Shown: in pieces, positions 37,928-47,458 of the stretch
Numbering within the stretch: position 1 is the first letter of the stretch
How the letters are laid out: every line of letters begins with the position of its first letter
Assembly (NCBI GenBank): GCA_963739435.1
Contig: CAVUAN010000005.1
Coordinates: forward strand, 168,128-232,127
Direction of reading: 5' to 3'
DNA: 64,000 nucleotides
Source of the DNA: an uncultured Acidobacteriota bacterium
GTDB taxonomy: Bacteria; Acidobacteriota; Thermoanaerobaculia; UBA5066; Gp7-AA6
The notes under the pieces: model-generated
What the model saw: only the letters and a program-made list of their open reading frames with translations
The model's database searches: none
What the model was told of the DNA's origin: nothing
Program-made: the position numbers and the translations under genes

Positions 37928-40088
37928 GCGGCGGGTCCCCGCGCCGGTTCTTTCTCTTTTCCGCCTGCTCCTGCAGCGCTCGCTCGAGATTGTTCCGGGC
38001 CATCGTCAACCCCGGTTCCAGCCGGAGAGCCTCTCGGTACTCCTCGATGGCCGCTTCCCGGTGCCCCCCCAGGAAGAACGCGTAGCCGAGGTTGTTGTGA
38101 GCCAGGGCGAAACCCGGATTGATGCTCAGGGCCAACCGATACTCGGCCGCGGCCTCGTCGACCCGAGCTTCCTGGAGCAGGAGGCTTCCCATGTCGTTGT
38201 GTGCCTCCGCAAACGCCGGAAAGAGCTCCAGCGCCTGCCGGAGGTGATCGAGCGCATCGACTTTCTTCCCCCGACCCTGAAGCGCGAGGCTCGCGTTCCG
38301 ATGGGCCGCGGCCAGAAATCTGCGCATCTCCTCGGCGGCGGGATCGGCACTTCTTCGATCGAGAGCACGCGCGCCGTCTAAGAGATGGCGGTAGTCTGCC
38401 TCCTGCGGGGCCCGGAGGACGGTACGCTCGAGTTGATCAATGGCTGCTGCCGTCTGTCCATCCACCAGGAGGGCGATCCCGAGCCTTGCCCTGGTCTCTG
38501 CCCAATCGGGAGCCAGACGGGTGGTCGTCTGGTAGAGCCGGACTGATTCTGAGATTTCGCCTTGTTGGAACCGCGTCCTTGCGAGGTTGTTCATGGCGAC
38601 CGGATCTCCCGGCGTCAGGCGAAGGGATTCGGTGAAATGCTGCGCCGCTTCGTCGAACCGGCCCAGTAGAAAAAGAGACCGGCCGAGGTTGGTGTGAACC
38701 TCGTTGGCCTCCGGACGGAGGCGCAAGGCCTCGAGGAGATGGGGCAGAGCGTCCGCAGGCCTGCCCAGCTCGTTGTAGTAGTCGCCCAGATTGGTCCGCA
38801 CGATCGGATTGCCCTTCGTGACCTCGAGGGCGTGGAGGTAAAGGGTCTCGCTGTTCTGCCAGATGCGCGCCTGCCTGGCCGCAAACAACGCCAGAGCAGC
38901 CAGGGCAGCCGCGGCGGCCATCCGGAACGCCAGGTCTCTGTGCCGCCAGGCCAACGGGACCTCCGCAACGCCCCAGGTGATCGCGATGAACAGGCCGACA
39001 AAGGGAAGATAGGTGTAGCGATCGGCAAGTGCCTGCAGGCCCACTTGAACGAGGCCGATGACAGGAAGAAGAGTGATGACGAACCAGAACCATCCGACGA
39101 AAAGATATGGGGCGCTTCGCCGGAAGACGACGGCCGCCGCCGAAACGGCGGCGAGCAGAAGCGCGGCGCCGATGACTTTCCAGGCGGGCAGCGAAGTCCC
39201 CGGATGCGGGTAGAAGACAGCCAGGTTGGTGGGCCAGAAGAGCATGCAGATGTAGCGGACATACGCGACGAGCGCGTTCCCGACGCGAGTCCACAAAGGA
39301 AACTTTTCGAAAGTGCCGAGGGCTCCCCCGGCCCGCTGAGCCACCACGGTCACAACCGAGGAGGCCGCAGCCATCAGGAAGAGAGGAACTTTCTCGAGGA
39401 CTCGTGGCGCCGCGCCACCGCCGTATCTCGAAAGAGGCCAGTCATCGAGAAGAAGCAGCACCACCGGAAGCGAGACCAGCATTGGTTTCGACATGAGTCC
39501 GGCTGCGAACAGGCCCAACACAATCAGGTAGCGGCCGACACCGCGCCGGCGGGCCCAGGAACCATAAGCCCACATCGTCGCGAACCAGAAGACGGCGCTG
39601 AGCAGATCCTTCCTCTCCGCAACCCAGGCGACCGACTCCACGTGCGCCGGATGGACCGCAAAGAGGGCAGCGACAAAGGCACTGCGCCAGGAGTCGGTCG
39701 TCAGGCTGTGAAGCGCGCCGAAGAGAAGAAGCGTAGCGACGACATGCAGCAACAGACTGGTTGCATGATGGCCCGCAGGGTTCAATCCGAAGGCCGAGAC
39801 GTCCGCCATGTGCGAGAGCCAGGTCAGGGGATGCCAATTGGCTGCGTACACCGTCGTGAAGGCCCACCGGAGGCCCGCCCATGTCAACCCTGCGCCGACG
39901 GGGTCGTTTCGCGTCACATAAGAGTTGTCGTCAAAGTTGGTGAAGTCGCTTCGCAGGACCGGCCACAAGGTCGCTACAGAAAGAGAAACGAGAAACAGAA
40001 CAGGGAGGAGTAGTCGGACCGCCTTCGAACCGCTCGGAGAGCCAGCCCGGTCGCGATCAAGCCGATTTGCTGCACGGCGACGCGACAA
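37920..40088 (-). CDS. TMTC-like GT-C-fold glycosyltransferase with C-terminal TPR array
   Basis: The N-terminal half is polytopic and contains the family-typical ..SDFTNFDDNSYVTRNDPV.. and ..ANWHPLTWLSHM.. The C-terminal ~330 aa are tandem TPR repeats. The start is TTG at 40088. Confidence 0.75.
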   Translation of the reverse strand: MSRRRAANRLDRDRAGSPSGSKAVRLLLPVLFLVSLSVATLWPVLRSDFTNFDDNSYVTRNDPVGAGLTWAGLRWAFTTVYAANWHPLTWLSHMADVSAFGLNPAGHHATSLLLHVVATLLLFGALHSLTTDSWRSAFVAALFAVHPAHVESVAWVAERKDLLSAVFWFATMWAYGSWARRRGVGRYLIVLGLFAAGLMSKPMLVSLPVVLLLLDDWPLSRYGGGAAPRVLEKVPLFLMAAASSVVTVVAQRAGGALGTFEKFPLWTRVGNALVAYVRYICMLFWPTNLAVFYPHPGTSLPAWKVIGAALLLAAVSAAAVVFRRSAPYLFVGWFWFVITLLPVIGLVQVGLQALADRYTYLPFVGLFIAITWGVAEVPLAWRHRDLAFRMAAAAALAALALFAARQARIWQNSETLYLHALEVTKGNPIVRTNLGDYYNELGRPADALPHLLEALRLRPEANEVHTNLGRSLFLLGRFDEAAQHFTESLRLTPGDPVAMNNLARTRFQQGEISESVRLYQTTTRLAPDWAETRARLGIALLVDGQTAAAIDQLERTVLRAPQEADYRHLLDGARALDRRSADPAAEEMRRFLAAAHRNASLALQGRGKKVDALDHLRQALELFPAFAEAHNDMGSLLLQEARVDEAAAEYRLALSINPGFALAHNNLGYAFFLGGHREAAIEEYREALRLEPGLTMARNNLERALQEQAEKRKNRRGDPPQK

Positions 40089-40142
40089 GATCCGTCGAGT
40101 TTAACCGAGCCCGCCCCGCTCGCCGAACTGGCCTCGTCGGGG

Positions 40143-40171
40143 TTGCGCTGCTGGCGCGCCGGGGTTAGTTT
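40143..40171 (+). promoter_or_regulatory. Candidate sigma70-type promoter for paralogue A2
   Basis: TTGCGC, a 17-nt spacer, then TAGTTT. The conserved leader begins about 9 nt downstream. Confidence 0.35.
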
Positions 40172-40179
40172 TGTCCAGC

Positions 40180-40337
40180 GGGAGTCCAACTCAATTGTCT
40201 TGAGCCGTCCCAGCGGTTCTGGTTTGGCCTTTCGACGGGAACCTCGGGGACGCCTCTCGACCGAAAGGAGGCGACCTGACACGAGACACGAGCATTGCGA
40301 CGTCGAAACCTGCTTTCATCAAGAATAGGAGGCTTTC
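40180..40337 (+). promoter_or_regulatory. Conserved leader of about 160 nt, copy 2
   Basis: See copy 1. This copy has the same palindrome, the same CGCCTC/GAGGCG hairpin and the same GGAGGC Shine-Dalgarno sequence. Confidence 0.5.
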
Positions 40338-41990
40338 GTGAGTCGGAAAACAACCCGATGGATCAGTCTCGCCCTGGGTCTGGCGTTCCTCGCAACGGTC
40401 CCTCTGCTCGCCGGCGCAGGAGAACCTCCCCTGACAAACTGGACCTCCCCGGCGAAATACACCCTCCCCCCATCGGCTCGAAAGGGGCTTCATACGGCAG
40501 GGGACATCGCCGGCCCGGAGCCATTCATTCCGATCGCACCGTGCCGGCAGTACAACTCGCTTAGCGCGACGCCGCTCCTGCAAGCCACGAACCGGGCCGT
40601 GACGCTGACGGGTGCGCCCTGCGGGATCCCGGCGACTGCGAAAGCGGTTGCGGTCAACATTACGATTTTCAACATCAACGGCGCGGCCGGAAACGGCGTT
40701 CTCAAGGTGGACACGGTGTCGCCGCCGGTGACCGCCTGGATCAACTACCCGCCGACGGAGCAACAAAGGGGCAACGCCGGAGTCGTGTCCTTGAATGTCA
40801 GCGGCCAGATCTGGGTCCAGGTCGCCCAGGGCGCCGGCCAGATCGACTTCGTCGTCGACACGAATGGTTACTTCGGCAGCAGCCCCGCCACCAGCCAGGA
40901 CTGGTTCGAGGTCGACAACAACAGCTCTACCTTTACGATCTTCGGAAATAACTCCTCGACGACCTGCAGTCAAGATTGCGGTGTCGTGGGGCAGACGGCC
41001 AGCGGGTGGGCTGTTTACGGACTCAGCTTCAACGACGTCGGCGTTTACGGATCCAGTTTCGGGAGCGGCATCGGAGTGGCCGGAGTCTGGGGGTCCAGCA
41101 CCGATGCCATCGGCACCTACGGGCACAGCACCAACACCAACGGCATGTGGGCCGACAGCACGACCTTCGACGCTTTGGCCGCGTTCGGCGGCCGCGACGG
41201 GACCTTCAGCCAGGGCGCCCGGAATGGCGTCGTCGGAGTGTCCACCGGCACCACATTGCCGGTCTATGGTGCGATTGGTCAAGGGATGAGCTCTAGCTCC
41301 AGCGCCGCCGGAATCTTCGGCACGACCAATCAAGCTGTCGCCAACGCGGGATACTTCACCAATACCGGCGCCGGGACCATCACATACATCGGTACTCAAA
41401 TCCTCGGAACCAATTACGACATCTTCGGGAGCGGTAGGATCCAGGGCAATTCCCTCAACATCATCGGCGCGCCCAAGAACTTCGTCGCGCCTCACCCTCT
41501 GGACCCCTCCAAAGAGATCGTGTACGCCTCCGTCGAGGCCCCGACCGTGGACGTCTACTTCCGCGGCACCGGGACGCTCTCCAACGGTTACGCGCACATC
41601 GAGGTGCCCGACCATTTCCGCTTCACGGCTCGTGAAGGGACCTACATGACCACGCTGACCCCGGTCGGGCGGCCGATCGGCTTGAGCGTCGAGTCGGAAG
41701 GGCCGGAGGGGATCGTCGTGCGCGGGAGCGGGAACGCCAGCTTTCACTACGTCGTGTACGCCGAGCGCGCCGAGATCGTCGGATACGAGCCGGTCCAGAA
41801 GAACGTGACCTTCACACCCGAGGCCATGGAAAAGATTCAGTTGCTGAACGCGTTGCCGGAGTCGACGAAAGCGCTCCTCGTCAAGAACGGGACCCTCAAC
41901 CCCGACGGCTCCTACAACCTGGAGACGGCTGGCGCCATGGGATGGACCGTCCCGAAGCCGATCGCCACCGACGCAGCGACTCGAAAGTAG
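40338..41990 (+). CDS. Secreted fibre-like protein, paralogue A2
   Basis: Same architecture as A1, with a more diverged C-terminal domain (APKNFVAPHPLDPSKEIVYASVEAPTVDVYFRG...). Confidence 0.8.
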   Translation: MSRKTTRWISLALGLAFLATVPLLAGAGEPPLTNWTSPAKYTLPPSARKGLHTAGDIAGPEPFIPIAPCRQYNSLSATPLLQATNRAVTLTGAPCGIPATAKAVAVNITIFNINGAAGNGVLKVDTVSPPVTAWINYPPTEQQRGNAGVVSLNVSGQIWVQVAQGAGQIDFVVDTNGYFGSSPATSQDWFEVDNNSSTFTIFGNNSSTTCSQDCGVVGQTASGWAVYGLSFNDVGVYGSSFGSGIGVAGVWGSSTDAIGTYGHSTNTNGMWADSTTFDALAAFGGRDGTFSQGARNGVVGVSTGTTLPVYGAIGQGMSSSSSAAGIFGTTNQAVANAGYFTNTGAGTITYIGTQILGTNYDIFGSGRIQGNSLNIIGAPKNFVAPHPLDPSKEIVYASVEAPTVDVYFRGTGTLSNGYAHIEVPDHFRFTAREGTYMTTLTPVGRPIGLSVESEGPEGIVVRGSGNASFHYVVYAERAEIVGYEPVQKNVTFTPEAMEKIQLLNALPESTKALLVKNGTLNPDGSYNLETAGAMGWTVPKPIATDAATRK

Positions 41991-42015
41991 TTTCGTCAAG
42001 CATCGAAGATTCCAT

Positions 42016-42041
42016 CTGCCGCGGCGATGTTGCCGCGGCAG
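42016..42041 (+). terminator. Hairpin (possible attenuating terminator) between A2 and A3
   Basis: A 10-bp stem (CTGCCGCGGC / GCCGCGGCAG, 6-nt loop) is followed by a T-poor tail (AGTCCTTTCTT). Confidence 0.45.
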
Positions 42042-42072
42042 AGTCCTTTCTTATCCCGAGAGGAGGCCTTTC

Positions 42073-43758
42073 GTGACCCGGAAGACAACCCGATCGATTC
42101 ATCTCGGTCTTTGTCTCGCGCTCCTCGCAACAGTGCCCCTACTCGCAGCGGACATACCGCTGAAGAACTGGACCGCTCCGCCGACGTACAGCCCGTCATC
42201 GACCCTAAAGGGTCTCCACACGGCAAGCGACATCTCGGGTCCGGTCCCATACATTCCGACCTCTCCGTGCCGGCAATACAGCTCGCTCGGCACGCCACTT
42301 CCACAAGGGATAAACCGGACCGTGCTCCTGACGGGAGCGCCCTGCGGAATTCCGGCGGGCGCCGTGGCAGTCTCCGTCAATATTACCGTCTTCAACATCA
42401 CGGGCGCAGCCGGAAACGGCGTCTTCAAGGTCGACACCGTGTCGCCGCCGTTGAGCGCATGGATCAACTACCCGCCGACGGAGGCGCAACGGGGCAACGC
42501 CGGGGTCGTGGCTCTGACCATCGGAGGCCAGATCATCGTTCAGGTCGCCCAGGGAGCCGGCCAGGTCGACTTCGTCGTGGACACGAATGGTTATTACTCC
42601 AACACACCCGCCTCGGCGAACAACTACTTCCTCGTGTCGAACAACAGCGACTCGTGGACGATCCAGGGCATCAACAGTTCCTCGAGCTGCATCCAACAGT
42701 GCGGCATCGTTGGGCTGACGAGCAGCGGCTACGCTCTCTATGGAGTCAGTGCCAACTCGGACGGCGTTCACGGCGTCAGTGGCGGGAGCGGCCTCGGTTC
42801 GGCGGGAGTCTGGGGGACCAGCACCGATGCCATCGGCACCTACGGGCACAGCACCAACACCAACGGAATGTGGGCCGAGAGCACGACCTTCGACGCATTG
42901 GCTGCATTCGGCGGCCGCGACGGGACCTTCAGCCAGGGCGCGCGGTATGGCGTTGTCGGAGTCACCTCCGGCAGCTGCTTCGGTTGCGCCGGCGTGAAAG
43001 GCATCGCCTACGATGGAGAAGCACCAGGTAACACCAGCCAGGGCGCGTCCGGGGTGTTCGGTACTTCAACCTTGAACATTGGCGTTCTCGGCACCGCACA
43101 GAGCCTCGGTGAAGGTGTTGCCGGAATCAGTGTGGACGGCTCCGGCGCAATGAAGTCCGCTGGCTATCTCGGATGGTCCAACTCCATCGGTATTGAGTTC
43201 TTCAATGGCCTCGCAGGAAGCGGCACGAAATCCTTCATCGAGCCTCATCCAACCGACGCTTCGAAATTGATCAAGTACGTCTCGATCGAAGGCCCCGAGG
43301 CCGGCGTCTATTTCCGGGGCCGCGGCCGGGCACAAGACGGGCTGGCGACAATCGACGTGCCGGAGAGCTTTCGGATGGTGGCGGCGGGAGAGGGCCTGAG
43401 CATCCAGGTGACGCCGATCGGCGAACCGGCCAACGTGGCCGTTGTCCAGATCGGCCTGGACCGCATCGTCGTCAAGGCCACACAGGACGTCGAGTTCTTC
43501 TACACGGTCAACGGCGTCCGCAAGGCCTACCCCGATTGGAACCCCATTCAGGACAACCTCAAGGAGTTCGTTCCGGAGGGCCCGGGCTCCCGCCTCCCCG
43601 CCTACCTCAGCGCAAACGAGAGGCAGCGCCTGATCGACAACGGCACCTATCACGCCGACGGCACGGTCAACATGGAGACGGCCCGACGGGTCGGCTGGGA
43701 TCAGCTCTGGCAGGCGAAAGCCGAGGAAGCGGCGCGGCGGCGCGAACCGCCTCGGTAG
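42073..43758 (+). CDS. Secreted fibre-like protein, paralogue A3
   Basis: GTG start after GAGGAGGC. Same architecture as A1. C-terminal region GTKSFIEPHPTDASKLIKYVSIEGPEAGVYFRG...NGTYHADGTVNM. Confidence 0.8.
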   Translation: MTRKTTRSIHLGLCLALLATVPLLAADIPLKNWTAPPTYSPSSTLKGLHTASDISGPVPYIPTSPCRQYSSLGTPLPQGINRTVLLTGAPCGIPAGAVAVSVNITVFNITGAAGNGVFKVDTVSPPLSAWINYPPTEAQRGNAGVVALTIGGQIIVQVAQGAGQVDFVVDTNGYYSNTPASANNYFLVSNNSDSWTIQGINSSSSCIQQCGIVGLTSSGYALYGVSANSDGVHGVSGGSGLGSAGVWGTSTDAIGTYGHSTNTNGMWAESTTFDALAAFGGRDGTFSQGARYGVVGVTSGSCFGCAGVKGIAYDGEAPGNTSQGASGVFGTSTLNIGVLGTAQSLGEGVAGISVDGSGAMKSAGYLGWSNSIGIEFFNGLAGSGTKSFIEPHPTDASKLIKYVSIEGPEAGVYFRGRGRAQDGLATIDVPESFRMVAAGEGLSIQVTPIGEPANVAVVQIGLDRIVVKATQDVEFFYTVNGVRKAYPDWNPIQDNLKEFVPEGPGSRLPAYLSANERQRLIDNGTYHADGTVNMETARRVGWDQLWQAKAEEAARRREPPR

Positions 43759-43818
43759 TCGGCGGCAGATTTCTCATCATGACGGAGAGTGCTCTTCCAT
43801 CAGGAACAGGAGGCCATC

Positions 43819-45588
43819 GTGAGTTGGAAAAGAGCCCGATGGATCGGTCTCGTCCCGGGTCTTGTGTTGCTCGCAACGGTTCCCCCGCTCGCCGCCGCGG
43901 ACATACCCCTCAAGAACTGGACCGCCCCAGCGACATACACGCCGCCGGCCGCCCGAAAGGGGCTCCACACGGCAGGGGACATCGCGGGTCCGCTGCCATA
44001 CATCCCGATCGCACCGTGCCGCCAATACAGCTCGCTCAGCGCGACTCCGCTCCTGCAAGCCGTGAACCGGCCCGTGCCGCTGACGGGCGCGCCCTGCGGG
44101 ATCCCGGCAACAGCCGTCGCGGTGGCGGTCAACATCACGATTTTCAATATCGTCGGCGCGGCCGGAAACGGCGTCTTCAAGGTCGACACCGTCTCACCGC
44201 CCCTGACCGCCTGGATCAACTACCCGCCGACGGAGGCCCAACGGGGTAACGCTGGAGTCGTGTCCCTGGACGTCAGCGGAGAGATCATCGTTCAGGTCGC
44301 CCAGGGCGCCGGCCAGGTCGACTTCGTCGTTGACACGAACGGCTACTACGGCATCACTCCCGCCACTGTCTCGAACTTCTTCAAGATCGAGAACAACAGC
44401 CCCGGCTTGTCGATCCAGGCAATCAATGACTCGACAACCTGTTTCGGTCCTTGCGGTATCGAAGGGTTCGTCGAAGGCGGTAACGCCATTTCCGGTTTCG
44501 CCAACGCATCGACCGGCGCCACGTACGGGGTCGAAGGTCACACCCAGAGCGTGAGCGGCAACGCGGCCGGAGTCTTTGGAAGCGCCGGCAACACGAACTT
44601 CCAGGCCGGCTTCGGCGCCGGGCCGGCAGGCGTGCGGGGACAGAACACGTTCAACGGGGTCCTCGGCCTCGCTCAGGATCGAGCCGTCGTTGGCATTCTG
44701 TTCGACGGCACAGGCCCGCCCGCAAACGATATCGCCGAGGGTTGGCTGGGAAAAAGCGGCGCCTCCTCCTCGATCTTCTATGGCGTCGAGGGGGTCCTGG
44801 TCGGGGCCGCATCCAACGGTGCTGCCGGGGTGGAGGGAACCGACGTCGGAGGCATCGTGGGGTCGCCAGACAACTCCTTCCAGGCTGGCGTACGCGGCGA
44901 CTCGGCGGGTAACTTCGGAGTGCTGGGGATCAGCGGCTTCGTTGGCGCTCGCGGTCGCCACTACAGCGGCGTCACCTTCAGCACTCTCGATACCGAGGGA
45001 AGCCTTGCTTGCTCAGCGACAATCGCCGTCTGCGGCCTGGGCAATCTGAGCATCTCGGGATCGAAGTCCTTCGTCGAGCCACACCCAACCGACGCGACCC
45101 GAGTCATAAAGTACGTTTCTCTGGAAGGACCCGAGGCTGGCACGTATTTCCGGGGCACCGCCCGGGTGCGCGGCGGAAAAGCGGTCATCACTGTCCCCGA
45201 GAGCTTTCGGCTCGTCACGTCCAACGACGGGCTGACGGTGCAGCTCACGCCCGTAGGCAGCCTGGCCAGGATGGCCGTCGAGCAACAGGACCTGCAGCAG
45301 GTCGTGGTCATTTCCGACCATGACGTCACGTTCCACTACACCGTCCAGGGAATCCGGCGCGGATTCGAGGATTTTGATGCGATGCCCGAGGATTCGACTT
45401 TCCAACCCGAAGGACCCAACGGCAGGATGCCCGCCGCGCTCAGCGCGGTTCAGAAGGAACATCTCGTCGCAAACGGAACCTACAACGCCGACGGTACCGT
45501 GAACATGCAGACCGCGGAGGCGAGGGGGTGGGCCGCCGCCTGGCGCGACCGCGAGGCCAGGGCGCGTGCGGCGCAAAACGCGAAGTAG
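43819..45588 (+). CDS. Secreted fibre-like protein, paralogue A4
   Basis: I trimmed track ORF 43789..45588 to the GTG at 43819, preceded by CAGGAGGC, by analogy with A1-A3 (VSWKRARWIGLVPGLVLLATVPPLAAA). Same architecture as A1. Confidence 0.75.
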   Translation: MSWKRARWIGLVPGLVLLATVPPLAAADIPLKNWTAPATYTPPAARKGLHTAGDIAGPLPYIPIAPCRQYSSLSATPLLQAVNRPVPLTGAPCGIPATAVAVAVNITIFNIVGAAGNGVFKVDTVSPPLTAWINYPPTEAQRGNAGVVSLDVSGEIIVQVAQGAGQVDFVVDTNGYYGITPATVSNFFKIENNSPGLSIQAINDSTTCFGPCGIEGFVEGGNAISGFANASTGATYGVEGHTQSVSGNAAGVFGSAGNTNFQAGFGAGPAGVRGQNTFNGVLGLAQDRAVVGILFDGTGPPANDIAEGWLGKSGASSSIFYGVEGVLVGAASNGAAGVEGTDVGGIVGSPDNSFQAGVRGDSAGNFGVLGISGFVGARGRHYSGVTFSTLDTEGSLACSATIAVCGLGNLSISGSKSFVEPHPTDATRVIKYVSLEGPEAGTYFRGTARVRGGKAVITVPESFRLVTSNDGLTVQLTPVGSLARMAVEQQDLQQVVVISDHDVTFHYTVQGIRRGFEDFDAMPEDSTFQPEGPNGRMPAALSAVQKEHLVANGTYNADGTVNMQTAEARGWAAAWRDREARARAAQNAK

Positions 45589-45632
45589 ATCGCGCGGCGG
45601 CACGAACCGCCGGGTAGTCGGCGGAGAGGATG

Positions 45633-47402
45633 CTACTGGAAGTAGCCGTTGACGTCGACGACGACGTGGGCGGTGCCGGAGCCCTGCTGGCAGTAGATGG
45701 TGACGGAGCCTGGCCCGCCGAGCGGCATGATGGCGTTGTTGGCCCGGGTCTGTCCCGACTTGTAGTTGATCGTCGCGGCCTGGGGCAGATCGGAGACCCC
45801 GGGCCGCATCGTCAGGAAGCCCGGGCCCGCCGTGGGCTGCGTCACGGCAACGTTGAGCGAAACGGCTGTCGCTGTCGGAGGGATCCCGCACTGCCCTGCA
45901 AGGAGGAAGGTACGATCCGCTCCGTCGTTGAGGGCGGGTCCGCCGTACGGCCCGTCAACGTCGCGCGTATCCACGACCCGGCACGGCTGGACAGTGTAGA
46001 AGCTCGGCGTCGGGCCCGCCGTTACCGGGGCGCACGCGGAAAACTCCGACGTGTCACTGAAAACGTCCGTCGACGTCGCCGTTACGACCGAGCCGGGCGC
46101 GAGGCTCGCCATGAATAGCCCCGAAAACGTCCCGTTGCAGGACGAGTCGGTCGCCACGAGCATCGACCCGATGTAGGTCTTTCCTTCGCCATTTCCGGAC
46201 GCGTTGCAAGATGGCGAAGTGAAGAACTCAAGCGTGTAGAGGGCGTCCGGCTCACTATTCAGCGTCCCGTCGATCCGCACCTGGCTCCCGATCTGCGTCG
46301 CTTGAGTTAGCACCGGAAAGTTCAACAGCAAGTTGGGGCCCGTGTCCGCGTCGCAGGGATCGTTGGGCGTAACGCCAGGTCCCACGCCGCCCACCAGATC
46401 GATGCCCAGACCATTGCCGAAGATCGCGTTCCTCGAGATCGGGTTGCGCACCGATGTCCCGTCGATGGACACACCGGTGCCGTTGAAGGCGATCACGTTA
46501 GCCCCGGCGCCTCCTCCCACGATGGTCCGGCTGCCCGTACTAATGTGTACGCCGGCAAGCTGGCTAGGCAAGGAGCCCTGGCCCAAGGCGTCCGGCCCGA
46601 TTGTGTTGCCCTGAATCGTGACGTCGTTGACGCCGCTGATGTCGATCCCGTATGCGTTGTTGCCGGAAATGAGATTCCCAAAACCGGGGAAAGGTCCCCC
46701 GATCAGTGTTCCGGTAGCGGAAGAGAAGTAGACGAAGATGCCAGTGAAATTAGGAACGGCAGCCGTCCCGGCGGCGTTTGTCCCAATCCGGTTGCCCACG
46801 ATCAGCGCCAGTCCCTGCGCCCAGATTCCGTAATTATTTCCCGAAATGAGGTTCCCCTCGCCGGGCGAAGTGCCGCCGACGGTTGGTCTGTAGGAGCTGT
46901 TCTGAACAATCACCCCGATGCCGTTTGGTCGAGCGAATTGCCCCGTGGGATCCGTCCCGATGAAGCTGCTCACGACCTTCGCGTCCCCTTGCAGGTAGAT
47001 CCCAGCATTGGGGCAGTTGTTGATGACGACGGCCCTGACGACGCTCGACCACCCAAAACCCATACAGGTATAGCCAGCCGGCAGAAGACTTCCGTCGATC
47101 TGGATCAGCGGAGTCCCGGCGTAGCCCGGCTGCGTCGTTCCGTCGACGATCACGGTCCCGGCGACGCCCAGGCCCCCCGATAACGGGCGAATCGTCTTGA
47201 CGCCCGTGCCGATCGAGAAGGCGACTGTTCCACCCGGAAAGCCATCGGCATCAGCCAGTGCCTGCCGCAGCGAGCCTGGTCCCGAGTCGTTCGTGTTGGT
47301 CACGGTATAAATCGCTGCAGCGGCAGTTCCGGGCGCAGCCAGGGCGAGCACGAGCACTAGCCCGAGGCGCAAGAGAGGGCCCGTAGTCGGCTTGACCAGC
47401 AC
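45633..47402 (-). CDS. Secreted right-handed beta-helix protein (CSLREA-type N-terminus) with C-terminal two-Cys module (B1)
   Basis: A signal peptide is followed by IYTVTNTNDSGPGSLRQALADA. Repeated ..GN.I.GN..GI.. beta-helix turns follow. The C-terminus is FYTVQPCRVVDTR...VVVDVNGYFQ*. Confidence 0.8.
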   Translation of the reverse strand: MLVKPTTGPLLRLGLVLVLALAAPGTAAAAIYTVTNTNDSGPGSLRQALADADGFPGGTVAFSIGTGVKTIRPLSGGLGVAGTVIVDGTTQPGYAGTPLIQIDGSLLPAGYTCMGFGWSSVVRAVVINNCPNAGIYLQGDAKVVSSFIGTDPTGQFARPNGIGVIVQNSSYRPTVGGTSPGEGNLISGNNYGIWAQGLALIVGNRIGTNAAGTAAVPNFTGIFVYFSSATGTLIGGPFPGFGNLISGNNAYGIDISGVNDVTIQGNTIGPDALGQGSLPSQLAGVHISTGSRTIVGGGAGANVIAFNGTGVSIDGTSVRNPISRNAIFGNGLGIDLVGGVGPGVTPNDPCDADTGPNLLLNFPVLTQATQIGSQVRIDGTLNSEPDALYTLEFFTSPSCNASGNGEGKTYIGSMLVATDSSCNGTFSGLFMASLAPGSVVTATSTDVFSDTSEFSACAPVTAGPTPSFYTVQPCRVVDTRDVDGPYGGPALNDGADRTFLLAGQCGIPPTATAVSLNVAVTQPTAGPGFLTMRPGVSDLPQAATINYKSGQTRANNAIMPLGGPGSVTIYCQQGSGTAHVVVDVNGYFQ

Positions 47403-47458
47403 AGGAATCTAGCTCGATCCTGTTCTCGCCGTACCGGTTACGTCAAGAGGCAATGCCC

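Noticed and set aside
45595-45612. The hairpin CGGCGG-CACGAA-CCGCCG between convergent A4 and B1, considered as a bidirectional terminator.
   Set aside because: It has only a 6-bp stem and no flanking T or A run. The same string occurs inside the coding 3' end of A3, so it is probably just paralogous sequence.
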